64,000 bases of DNA, taken from Dendrobates tinctorius (Eukaryota). The notes under the pieces are model-generated. The model saw only the letters and a program-made list of their open reading frames with translations, was not told where the DNA came from and searched no databases. Positions 11,165 to 22,400 of the stretch are shown piece by piece (position 1 is the first letter of the stretch; every line of letters starts with the position of its first letter). The position numbers were made by a program, and so were the translations under genes. The stretch lies in assembly GCF_039654945.1 (NCBI RefSeq), contig NW_027361881.1, positions 10,540,001 to 10,604,000 of the forward strand, written 5' to 3'.

Positions 11165-12440
11165 CAACTGCAGAAGAATGCACCGCCCGCAGGAGTAGAA
11201 CGCACCGCCCGCCCCCCTCCCCCGCAGAACACACCACCCGCCCCCCTCCCCCACAGAACCACCGCCCGCCCCCCCGCAGGAGTAGAACGCACCGCCCGCC
11301 CCCCTCCCCCGCAGAACACACCACCCGCCCCCCTCCCCCACAGAACCACCGCCCGCCCCCCCGCAGAAGAATGCAACGCCCGCCCCCCTCCCCCGCAGGA
11401 GAACACACCACCCGCCCCCCTCCCCCGCAGAACCACCGCCCGCCCCCCCCCGCAGGAGTAGAACGCACCGCCCGCCCCCTCCCCCGCAGAACACACCACC
11501 CGCCCCCCTCCCCCACAGAACCACCGCCCGCCCCCCCCGCAGAAGAATGCAACGCCCGCCCCCCTCCCCCGCAGGAGAACACACCACCCGCCCCCCTCCC
11601 CCGCAGAACCACCGCCCGCCCCCCCCGCATTAGAAGAGCGCACCGCCTGCCCCCCCCTGCAGGAGAACACACCGCCCCCCGCAGGAGAACGCACCGCCCG
11701 CCCCCCTCCCCGCAGGAGAACGCACCGCCCGCCGAAGAACCACCACCCGACCCCCCGCGGGAGAATTCTCTGCCTGCCCCCCTCCCCCGCAGGAGAACAC
11801 ACCACCGCCCGCCCCCCCGCAGAAATACGCAACGCCCTCCCCCCTCCCCCGCAGGAGAACACACCACCCGCCCCCCTCCCCCGCACAACCACCGCCCGCC
11901 CCCCCCCCCCCCGCAGAAGAGCGCACCGCCTGCCCCCCCTTGCAGGAGAAGAACCCCCGCCCCCCCCCCAGGAGAACGCACCACCCGCCCCCCTCCCCGC
12001 AGGAGAACACACCACCCGCCCCCTTCCCCCGCAGAACCACCACCCGCCCTCCGCAGGAGAACGCAGCGCCCGCCCCCCTCCCCGCAGGAGAACGCACCGC
12101 CCGCATTAGAACCACCACCCGACCCCCCGCGGGAGAATGCACCGCCTGCCCCCCTCCCCTGCAGGAGAACACACCACCGCCCGCCCCCCCCCCGCCGGTG
12201 AACCACCACCCACCCTCCCGCAGGAGAACGCACCGCCCCCCCGCAGAACCACCACCCACCGAAAAACGTACCGCCCACCCCCCCCGCAGAATGCACCGCC
12301 CGCCTCCCCCACATGAACCACTGCCCTCCCGCAGGAGAACGCACCGCCCGTCCCCCCCCCACAGAAGATCCACCGCCCGCTGAAGAATGCACCGCCCGCC
12401 CCCCGCAGGAGAACGCACAAACCCCCCCCCCTGCAGGATC
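11165..12440. repeat. C-rich degenerate minisatellite (G-rich on the minus strand) downstream of cyclin E1
   Basis: Variants of CCCGCAG(G)AGAAC(G/A)CACC(G/A)CCCGCCCCCCT repeated over about 1.3 kb. Confidence 0.93.
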
Positions 12441-13222
12441 AAGAGACACAGAACTTTTTTGTGAAGAACTAGTATAAGTGTAATCTCAGCTTTTAGCTCG
12501 TGTTGGTGCCTCTGATCTGGAATTATTAACCCTGTGACATCACGTCATCGGATCCATCGGCGCTGGTCTGTGAGAGGCGGCGTGTATTCATACCATGGAA
12601 TGTCTGCATGTGATGTGTGGCCTGTCCTGACGAAGGACACAGGAACCCCGGAACGCTCTGTGGCGATCTCTTGGAATTTATCGATGTACCGACTATATGA
12701 TCTGATCAGGTGGTGGCTCCGCCATCTCTGCGCGCTCGTGGCCCCTTCTCCCCCATGGCGCTCTGTTGTCGCCCCTTGTAAGGACTCTAGTGGAACACAA
12801 TTTTGGAGAGGAGATAAGAGCCCCACAGCCTAGTGATTTATTAGAAGAGCGAGCCATCGCGCTGACAGCTTCTTTTTATTTGATAAGATTTAGCAGCATC
12901 TCTAGAACATTCAGAACCAAGGTTCCAGAGTGGAGATTGCACAGTGACCCGGACCCCCAGCGCTCTCTCGGGTCGTCCCCGCTCCTGCACTCCACAGTTT
13001 TTTTGCCTCCAGCCGAGTTATTCCAAGCAGCACACAGTAATAAAGTCCCGGGGGCCCGGTCCGGCCGTTTCATTAAAAACAAAATGCTAAAAAAGGTGAA
13101 CTGAGGCCTGAACGGCGCCCCCTAGGGAGAGTTCATAAAAGCCTGTCCAGCAGGTCCAGTTCATCAGCAGCCCCTGCCTGGCACAGTCCAGCTCCACGCA
13201 CGGCTCATTCAGACTAGTCGGT

Positions 13223-16200
13223 CTACGGTTTCTCAGTGGTCAGGGGGGGCGTCAGGACTCTGGAGCTGTGGCCTTCACCCTGTATCATTTCCAGCCCCTC
13301 CATCATTTTACCTATAGATCGAGCATTTTTCTGAAAGAGAATAAAAACATAAAAAAAAAACAGGGAAGGAAAAAGCACAAAACGGACCGGACTGGGGAAT
13401 TGTAAGTCAAGCGATTGTCTAAGGATACAGGAACACCCACTAATAGACCATAGGTCAAAATCCAACCATTCACCGCAGTCCTAACGCCCACATATAGGGG
13501 GCGGCATGCAGCCCACCAGCTATACTCCAGGGTCATACAGATGGCGCCACTCACCAGCAGCTCGGCGCGGTCCCAGTAGGTCTGGATCAGGTGCATTTCC
13601 GCGATGTCCACCCCTGGGAAATACTCTAATTTCGTGGACCTTCCGGCATCATTTATCGCAATAGCAAAAGGTAACAGGAAGTGGATGCACCTCCGAAGGT
13701 CAGCCCACGTATAGCCTAGGGAGCAAGACAGACAAGATGGTGAGGGGCGTGAAGACTAATGCAAAACCTCAACAGCTGGTGCACTGATCTGCTCCTGTGG
13801 GGATACATAATACAGGGCCAACATTATCCAGCTGTAAACCGCTCCTGACCCAAGAGACACAATGTGTCAGTCATCAGGAGTTCTGCACCCGCTCAGCTCC
13901 CCCCACCCACACATACCGGTCAGCTCCTGCAGATGCTCGCAGTTGGTGCAGTGGTAGAGGGCAGAGGCGGCCAGGATGCGGTAGGAGTATTCTAGACTCC
14001 GGACATCCAGGGTAACCAAATCCAGGAGCTGAAGACAATGACAGGACAGTAATCAGACAGCCGAACACTAGAGACCCCCCAAGTCACACAGAAGCCCACC
14101 TCACCTCCATTATCTTTAGGTACGCGGTGTGGGGATACTGGGGCAGGAGGAAGTGCTGCAGGTCTTTACTGTACGCCACTTGTAAGTAAATGTCCAACCA
14201 AGAGACCACAGTGATCGGCGTCAAACACCAATTAAGTGCCTGAGGGGAGGAAAGAGTTAACCCAGAACTTAAAGGGCCAGTCCTATATTAACCGAACATC
14301 GGGTACAGTTAGGCTGGGCTGTGTCTCCCCCCGGACCACCGGCCTTACCTTCATGATTATCAGCTCCATCTTCATCATCTCGCAGGAGTCGTCGGCATAG
14401 TAGGAGAGCTCGTGGAGCCGCGGAGGGTGGATTTCCTGAAATAACGGAAATCTGACAATTACTGACGATGGAGTATGCAAATCAGTGACGCCAACCGGCA
14501 GCACAGGGTGGGCACATGACAGGGTAGGGGGGCTCCTCCAATCAAAAGATCAGCGGGACCAAAGAGGAGGGAAGGCACCCACCTCTATCTTGGCAGCGAG
14601 GAAGAGGCAGGTGACGCCGATGAGCTGCAGCTTGTACTTCATGTTCTCTTGTGTCGCCAAAAAGCGGTCGAAGAAATCTTGTGCCAGGTAGTAAGTCTCT
14701 CTGTGCAGCTTATAAAGCTCGGCAACCTGAGGACCAAGAGGGATCGGCTGTGAGACGGCAGGGATCCACCCAGGAGCCACAGAGACCCCCAACCCAGGAG
14801 CCACAGAGACCCCCCCCCCCCCAACACAAAGACAGACCCCAACCCAGGAACCTCCCAACCCGCAGCCACAGAGACCCCCCAACACAAAGACAGACCCCAA
14901 CCCAGGAACCTCCCAACCCACAGAGACCCCAACCCAGGAGCCACAGGGACCCCCCAACCCAGGAGCCACAGAGACCCCCCCCCCCCCCCCAACACAAAGA
15001 CACCCCAACCCAGGAGCCACAGAGACCCTCCAAACACAAAGACAGACACCCCAACCCAGGAGCCACAGAGACCCCCACCAACACAAAGACATACCCCAAC
15101 CCAGGAGCCACAGGGAGCCACAGGGACCCCCCAACCCAGGAGCCACAGAGACCCTCTAAACACAAAGACAAACACCCCAACCCAGGAGCCACAGGGACCC
15201 CCCAAACCAGGAGCCACAGATACCCCCCCCAAACACAAAGACAGACCCCAAACCAGGAGCCACAGAGACCCCCCAACACCAAGACCCCAACCCAGAAGCT
15301 ACAGGGACCCCCCCAACCCAGGAGCACCCAATTATCAGACGAGCTTGGTGGCCAGCGATATAAAATAACGTCATGAGTGGAGTATTCAGTCACCAAGATC
15401 TATGGGCGAGACCACTGGGAACAAAAACACAAGACGCGTTGGGGGCGCCGGACACTCACCTCCATCAGCCAGTCCAGCAGCATCGTCCTCATCCTCTCCT
15501 CTATCTCCGGATGCCTCTGGAAGACATTCTTGTCCCTCACGTACACCGCATCTTTGAGCAGCATGTTCTTCCACACGTCATCCGGGTTCGCCCAGCTGCA
15601 AAGAAGAAGCGCGATCATATATAAAGAATCATAAGCGCCATAAAAGTGTATAAAAAGAATCTATCATTAACACTATTAATACCAATCTATACATAGAATC
15701 CAGCAGTGGCCTCCATACCTGAGAGGTGGAAGCGGAGAGAATGACGAGCAGCGGAATCTCAGGCTGGCGTACTCGGGAGCACCAACAGCGCCCGGAGCCC
15801 AGCACGGCCTCGCGGCTCTCCGCACCAACTGGTTGTTCCTTTGCCACAAGTCAAAGCTCTGATCAGCCTAAAAGTGAGAAACTGTTATTAACCTGATCTC
15901 AGTAATGGCAGATTGGTGGGTGCGGCCCCCCACCCCGACACAGGCCAGAGACCTCCTAGAGCAAGACCTGATCTACGAGGAGGTCGCTGGACTACAAGTC
16001 CCATGGATCCCAAGCTGCAGAGCGCCTCGCCCTGTCAGGAGCCTGCCCCGGGATCAGGGACCATCGAGGGTCTGGGACACATTGCTGCACTGTCGGATCT
16101 AGAGCTGTATGTCGGGGTGTGAGGACGGCGCCCAAACTTCATCTCCTCTACTGAAACTTAATTAGCAGCCATTAACTAATCACAGGGAGGTGATCAGTGA

Positions 16201-17847
16201 CCTCTGGAGACACCTCGGCCGCGTTCACACACACGGAGGTCAGGAGCCTACACCAGTATAAGCCACAATCAGAGGAGGAGTACGAGGCCGGGATCAGGAC
16301 CAGCAGCGCCTGCGCCCCACCATACCAGCACGGGAGGGGACTTATAGAGACCCCATACCCACGGGGCTTCCTCCCGACGCTGTGGGAACTCCCCCCGCGA
16401 CGCGTCTTTCAGGACCGCAGCATGTCAAGCATCTGCAGAAAAACACGCCACGTCCAAAGCGCTGAGGTTTCCTGATCGTGGGCACGTACCCTTATAGAAA
16501 CACGGCAACACTCCTGCATTCCTCACCCACGCCTGGCTTATAAACACAGTGTGAAAGTGGCCAAAAAACGGGGGACCCAGAGGAATGATGATATAATATA
16601 AAAAAATTAAACACTAAAAACCTAATAAACCACTAAAAACCTAATAAACCACTAATGTTTTTATTATAGTACTAATTATGTAGTCTGTACGACTCAATAT
16701 TAAATTATTATTTATAATAGTAGTAATATTAAACAATGACAGTAATAATAATTAAATAGGAATAGCCCAAGTAATAGTGTGTACCTGACACTTATCTATG
16801 CAGATAACAAACGTATATTCCAGGTAATCCCATCGGCACCGCCCTAGAGCCCCTCCAGTCAGCAGCCGGGAAGGGGGTCAATATAGGCGAGTCCTTTGGC
16901 CTCTTAGCTGGCTATGCAGCAGTACATTGGTGAAAACACACACACATATATATATATATACACACACACATACATACACACACACAAAAAAAAATATGGA
17001 GGCAGCACACCAGTTTAAGGTGAAAAAAATGCTATTTAATAGCCCAAATACGGAGCACACACTATAGAATGTGCTAAGAAAAAAAAAAAAAAAGAAAAAA
17101 AAAAAAAAACAGTGAGTACAGAGTACAGTGAGACACAAATGTTGTGTGAATTTCGCCTGTGTGTTACAGGTCAGGAGACCGCCCCGCTGTGACATGGGTG
17201 CCCGCTTGCTGAGGGCATTCAGGGTAAATGGATTCCCATTCTACACTCTTACAACAAATCCATAGAATGTGCATGACAGACAGAGACCAGCCTGGGCATA
17301 GGGACCAGCATTGCATCTCATCAGGGGTTCACTACATGAAGGGTTAGGGGGTTTTTTTTTGGAGAGGGAGAGGCAGGAGGTGATCAGTGCCATCCCTCAG
17401 GCTGTGGCAGCACCAGTCACACATTGTATCCAGGGCAGGAAACACAGGACGTTCTATTTACAAACAATCCGCTACAGAGTCTCAGTCCTCACCTGCTGCT
17501 CCATGCTCCTCTCTATCGGCTCCATTTCTAAGTTTTCACCTTGTTCTTGCAGAAACTGCAGAGGGATGAGAGTAGTGAGCAGCAGCCCCCCCATTATTAC
17601 CCCAGAGCCCCCCCATTATTACCCCAGAGCCCCCCCCATGGCTCCCTGTAGGCACTCACATCTGCCTTCCTCTTCCTGGAGTGTGGCTCGGTCCTCTCCT
17701 CCTTTGTAGGATTTTCTTTTGTGCATTTACTGAAATTAATAATGAATAAATAAGGTTATTGCTGGAGCAGGTGGAGGAGGGGGGCAGGACTGGGGCCATG
17801 GCTGGCACTGGGCACCGGGGACTCTCAGCCTACCTCATATTGGGCAT
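13223..17847 (-). CDS. CCNE1: G1/S-specific cyclin E1-like protein (divergent), 392 aa
   Basis: Exons (minus) 17847-17834, 17729-17660, 17555-17493, 15867-15719, 15595-15460, 14726-14583, 14435-14349, 14239-14105, 14028-13917, 13715-13555, 13330-13223 = 1179 nt, in frame. Motifs SRKRKAD (NLS), [54 protein letters not shown]-terminal LTPPLT. Order and orientation relative to C19orf12 and PLEKHF1 match the vertebrate CCNE1 locus. AATAAA at 12875-12880. Confidence 0.9.
14765..15330. repeat. Intronic minisatellite in cyclin E1
   Basis: Repeats of CCCAACCCAGGAGCCACAGAGACCCCC(n)AACACAAAGAC. Confidence 0.9.
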
Positions 17848-18589
17848 CTCAGGGTCCCAGCGGTGGAATTAGGAGGGACTGGGGAGCGGAAAAGAAGAGA
17901 AGCAGGGAGAGAAGCTTACATGTAGGGAGCAGCCGAGTCTCAGTCCCCGCTGTGTGGTGCTGGTGTAAAGTGCAGACGTTCTCGGTGCTGTGCAGCCGGA
18001 TCTCAGGGCATTCTCCAAAGCGCTGCTCTCCTCCAGAGCCCCCCAGACAGTGAGAAAGCTGGAGGGCAGCAGCACAGGTTATACAGGAGGAGGCGGGATT
18101 GTCACCTCCCCCCCTCATTTGCAAAAAGTTTCCACCTTTTCCAGGTCCATAGCTATACCATCAGGGCGACCCCCCATAGGCAGGCATTAACCCTGTAAAG
18201 CCTAAATTGCCTCAGGCACAGTCCCACACCTGCAGCAGGAGACCTCCATAAACCCAATTACCCCCCCATACACCTAATCTCCACACCTGCTATGGGGACC
18301 CCCCAAAAGTGCAAAACCCAGGAGGAAACCTGCACCAAGAGCTTACCACTGATATTGGGGTGCAGGGGGGGCAGAAAGTTAGTAACAAGTCTGAATTAAT
18401 AGGGAAAAAAAATCTACAATCTATATATGGGAGATTAAATGGGGGGCAGCAGATAACTAGGGGGGCATGGGGGACCCCGAGAAGCTGGGGGCAGGGAGGA
18501 GCCCCCCTAAGATAGAGGGAGAGCAGCAGATTGGGGGTCCAGGAGAAGCCGGCAGTGGGGGGCATCAGGCGATATCGGGGGTCTCTTAT

Positions 18590-18760
18590 TCAGCCAATCC
18601 CCGGCCTCCCCCGCTATAAACGCTGCAGTCGGGACCGGGGATCGCAGGGAGGGGCCGGCGCCCGGGGCGTGGAGTGGACCGGGGGAGGCGGGGCAGGAAG
18701 CTGGAGGTAAACACGGAGGAGCCGGGGGCCCCGAGGGAGAGGGAGTTCCACCAGGTGATA
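18590..18760. promoter_or_regulatory. GC/CpG-rich putative shared promoter between cyclin E1 and the BtpA-like gene
   Basis: Main CpG-dense patch between the two divergent start codons. TATAAA at ~18615, GC boxes GGGGCGTGG and GGCGGGGC, donor-like GAG|GTAAAC at ~18707. Confidence 0.45.
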
Positions 18761-19410
18761 CATTGTATCTTCCTCCTCCAGAGATTCCCCCACATGGATC
18801 TGGGACAGTCTTGACCTGTGACCCCACAAAAGAGAAGCCTGAGCCCCCATTTGGTCCCCTCTGTGGCAGATGTGGAGGGGCCTGATCGGCGCATGTCCCA
18901 TAGACACAGACCTTCTCTGGGAGCTGAGGACAAACAGCCCCCCGTCTTCCAGATTGGGGGGTTCAGTGCAGGGTCCCAATATCAGGTCCTGGTAGTGAAA
19001 GTGTTAACACCTAATACTAAGGGTGGGTTTTTCCAGAGCCATTTTGCTTCCTGATCTTCGGAGGTCCAGCACTCGGGCGCTGCGTCTAACCCTGCAGCCA
19101 TTGCTGAACCCCAGACCGGGGGGCTTCATGATAGCCGGAGACGAGACCCCCGGTGTAACCTGCTGAGACCGGACTATGAGGTGTAACATGGACCCCCCTC
19201 CACCTACCCTTATTATTGGGGGTCCACATCAGGCTATATTGATGCCCCCGTACCTTCCAATATTGGCCATCTACCCCCTTTCTGAAGCCCCCCTGCTATT
19301 CCCTGCTGGACAGGTGCTCCTGTGTTTTGGAATCGGACCCCCATGAATGGCCTCGTTACAGTTTTCGGGAACAGGTGTGACCCTAACGTTGACTTTATTT
19401 CTTGTAGACA

Positions 19411-22400
19411 ATGGCGTTTTTTCAGCTCTTTGGAAGGTCGCGCGCCATTGTCCTGGGCATGGTGCATGTGAAGGCTTTGCCAGGTGGGGGTCCGGGCTGG
19501 GGGGCTGCCATGCTAATTTCTGATTGTTGTGCTAACGTTTCCATTGTCCCTGATGACTAGGAACTCCGGGCTGCACATTACCTGTGGGGCGAGTGGTGGA
19601 GCGGGCGTGTGAGGAGGCCGAGACCTACAGGAAGGCCGGGATTGTAAGAATGCCTCGTCTATTGTTATTCACCAGGTGACGGGGTCCCATTCCATCAGAT
19701 GCACAGACACCGTCCTCCCTCGCTAACAAGTCTGCAAAGTTTTTCTTTTTAGTTAATATAAAGCTCATTCCTTGTACAACCCCAAAGCATTTCTGCTGGT
19801 TATCAGGGAACGACAGCGTCGGGCTGGAGCACCTCGGGCCCACCAGGGAAAATCATTCTTGGGGTCCGCTATGTAGCTACATAGAAATAAATACAAGACC
19901 ACCAATTGTACGGTAAAAAGCGCTAATATCCAGGTATAAGGTAGTACATGTCTTAATTATGTAGCAGGAGTTGGGGCAGCCCCCTCATATAGTATAATGT
20001 AGCCCCCTCATATAATGTAGCCCCCTCATATAATGTAGCCCCCTCATATAATGTAGCCCCCTCATATAGTATAATGTAGCCCCCTCATATAGTATAATGT
20101 AGCCCCCTCATATAGTATAATGTAGCCCCCTCATATAGTATAATGTAGCCCCCTCATATAGTATAATGTAGCCCCCTCATAGAATATAATGTAGCCCCCT
20201 CATAGAATATAATGCAGCCCCCTCATATAGTATATTGCAGCCCCCTCATACAATATAAAGCAGCCTCCTCATAAAGTATAATGTAGCCCCTTCATATAGT
20301 ATAATGCAACCCCTCATAGAATATAATGCAACCCCTCATAGAATATAATGCAACCCCCTCATAAGATACAATGTAGACCCCACCATAGAATATAATGCAG
20401 CCCCCTCATATAGTATAATGCTGCCCTCCTCATAGAATATAATGCAGCCCCATTATAGGAGAGGAGAGCGGTGTCTGCTATAGTTGGTGCAGTGACTGTG
20501 ACATTGGAGAGTGACCTGCACTTTGGATTGTTTGAGCGGCCGCTGAAGTCTCTGATTTTTCTCTTACCAGGACGGCCTGATCGTGGAAAACATGAATGAC
20601 GTCCCGTACACCCTCCATATTGGACCGGAGGTTACAGCGTCCATGGCCGCTGTCTGTGCCGCTGTCAGGCAGACGTGCCCGCGACTCCCTCTCGGCGTTC
20701 AGGTTCTCGCTTGCGGCAATCAGCAGGCTCTGGCAGTGGCACTAGCGGCAGGTAAACATCAGTGAGCAAAGTATCCCCATCCCTGGATGGCCTAGTGATG
20801 TCCATTATGTGCATTCAGGAGCCATGGAAAGCTGGGTATCATCCACTTTGTAGCTTGAAATTGTGGGAGTTTTATCTCCTCTTTCCCAGTATCCTCAATG
20901 CAAACCTAGGCTGTAACCCAGCTTTCCCAGTGTCCTCAAAGGTAAACCTAAGCTGTAACCCAGCTTTCCCAGTATCCTCAGTGGCAATCCTAGGCCGTAA
21001 GCCAGCTTTCTCAATGGTAAACCTAGACCGTGACCCAGCTTTTCCAGTATCCTCAATGGTAAACCTAGGCTGTAACCCAGCTTTCCCAGTTTTCTGAATG
21101 GTAAACCTAGGCTGTAACCCAGCTTTCCCAGTATCCTCAATGGCAAACCTGAGCTGTAACCCAGCTTTCCCAGTATCCTCAAAGGTAAACCTATGCTGTA
21201 ACCCAGCTTTCCCAGTGTCCTCAATGGTAAACCTAGGCTATAACCCAGCTTTCCCAGTATCCTCAATGGTAAATCTAGGCAGTTTGGCTTACATTTGGAG
21301 GGATAAAACCCATCTTGACCTCGTCCTGCAGACACAGCTGCGGTTTGCAGTTCTCATCTTTCCCCTGATACATTGGAACAAACCCTTCAGCTGAGTGAGC
21401 AGGACTAGATCCGATGATAATGATGCCGCAGTGACATAAAACTGACCCCGCTCATGTGCTATTGACCCTCTACCGCCTCCCAGTGATATCTGCTACTGGG
21501 AAAGCTGGGTGACCACCACTGTCAGATCCGGAACCCCTAATCTTTGCTGTCGTGCAGGACTGGACTTCATCCGAGCCGAGGGCTTTGTCTTCTCTCACGT
21601 CGCTGATGAAGGCCTGGTGAACGCCTGCGCCGGGGATCTGCTGCGTTACCGCAAGGCGATCGGCGCCGAACACATCCAGATCTTAGCCGACATTAAGAAG
21701 AAGCACAGGTCAGTGTGAACAGCGACCACAGCTGCGAGCGGCAGCTCTCGCCAGTAGGCGGATTCGGACCTCCCCTTTAAATCACTGTATGAGGATAAAT
21801 TGTGGTGCGGCTCCATTAAGGGCGGTGTCTGCGGTGCGGCTCCATTAAGGGCGGTGTCTGCGGTGCGGCTCCATTAAGGGCGGTGTCTGCGGTGCGGCTC
21901 CTTTAAGGGCGGTGTCTGCGGTGCGGCTCCTTTAAGGGCGGTGTCTGCGGTGCGGCTCCTTTAAGGGCGGTGTCTGCGGTGCGGCTCCTTTAAGGGCGGT
22001 GTCTGCGGTGCGGCTCCTTTAAGGGCAGTGTCTGCGGTGCGGCTCCTTTAAGGGCAGTGTCTGTGGTGCGGTTCCTTCTGGCTCCTTTAAGGGCAGTGTC
22101 TGCGGTGCGGCTCCTTTAAGGGCAGTGTCTGCGGTGCGGCTCCTTTAAGGGCAGTGTCTGTGGTGCGGTTCCTTCTGGCTCCTTTAAGGGCAGTGTCTGC
22201 GGTGCGGCTCCTTTAAGGGCAGTGTCTGCGGTGCGGCTCCTTTAAGGGCAGTGTCTGCGGTGCGGCTCCTTTAAGGGCAGTGTCTGCGGTGCGGCTCCTT
22301 TAAGGGCAGTGTCTGCGGTGCGGCTCCTTCTGGCTCCTTTAAGGGCAGTGTCTGTGGTGCGGCTCCTTTAAGGGCAGTGTCTGTGGTGCGGCTCCTTTAA

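Noticed and set aside
11081-12449. Pro-rich and Gly-rich ORFs in all frames
   Set aside because: Low-complexity C-rich repeat.
13150-13175. Other CTGATGA boxes (minus strand near 13160, 17320, 62865) as hammerhead or snoRNA motifs
   Set aside because: No downstream stem II-GAAA and no partner box with a terminal stem.
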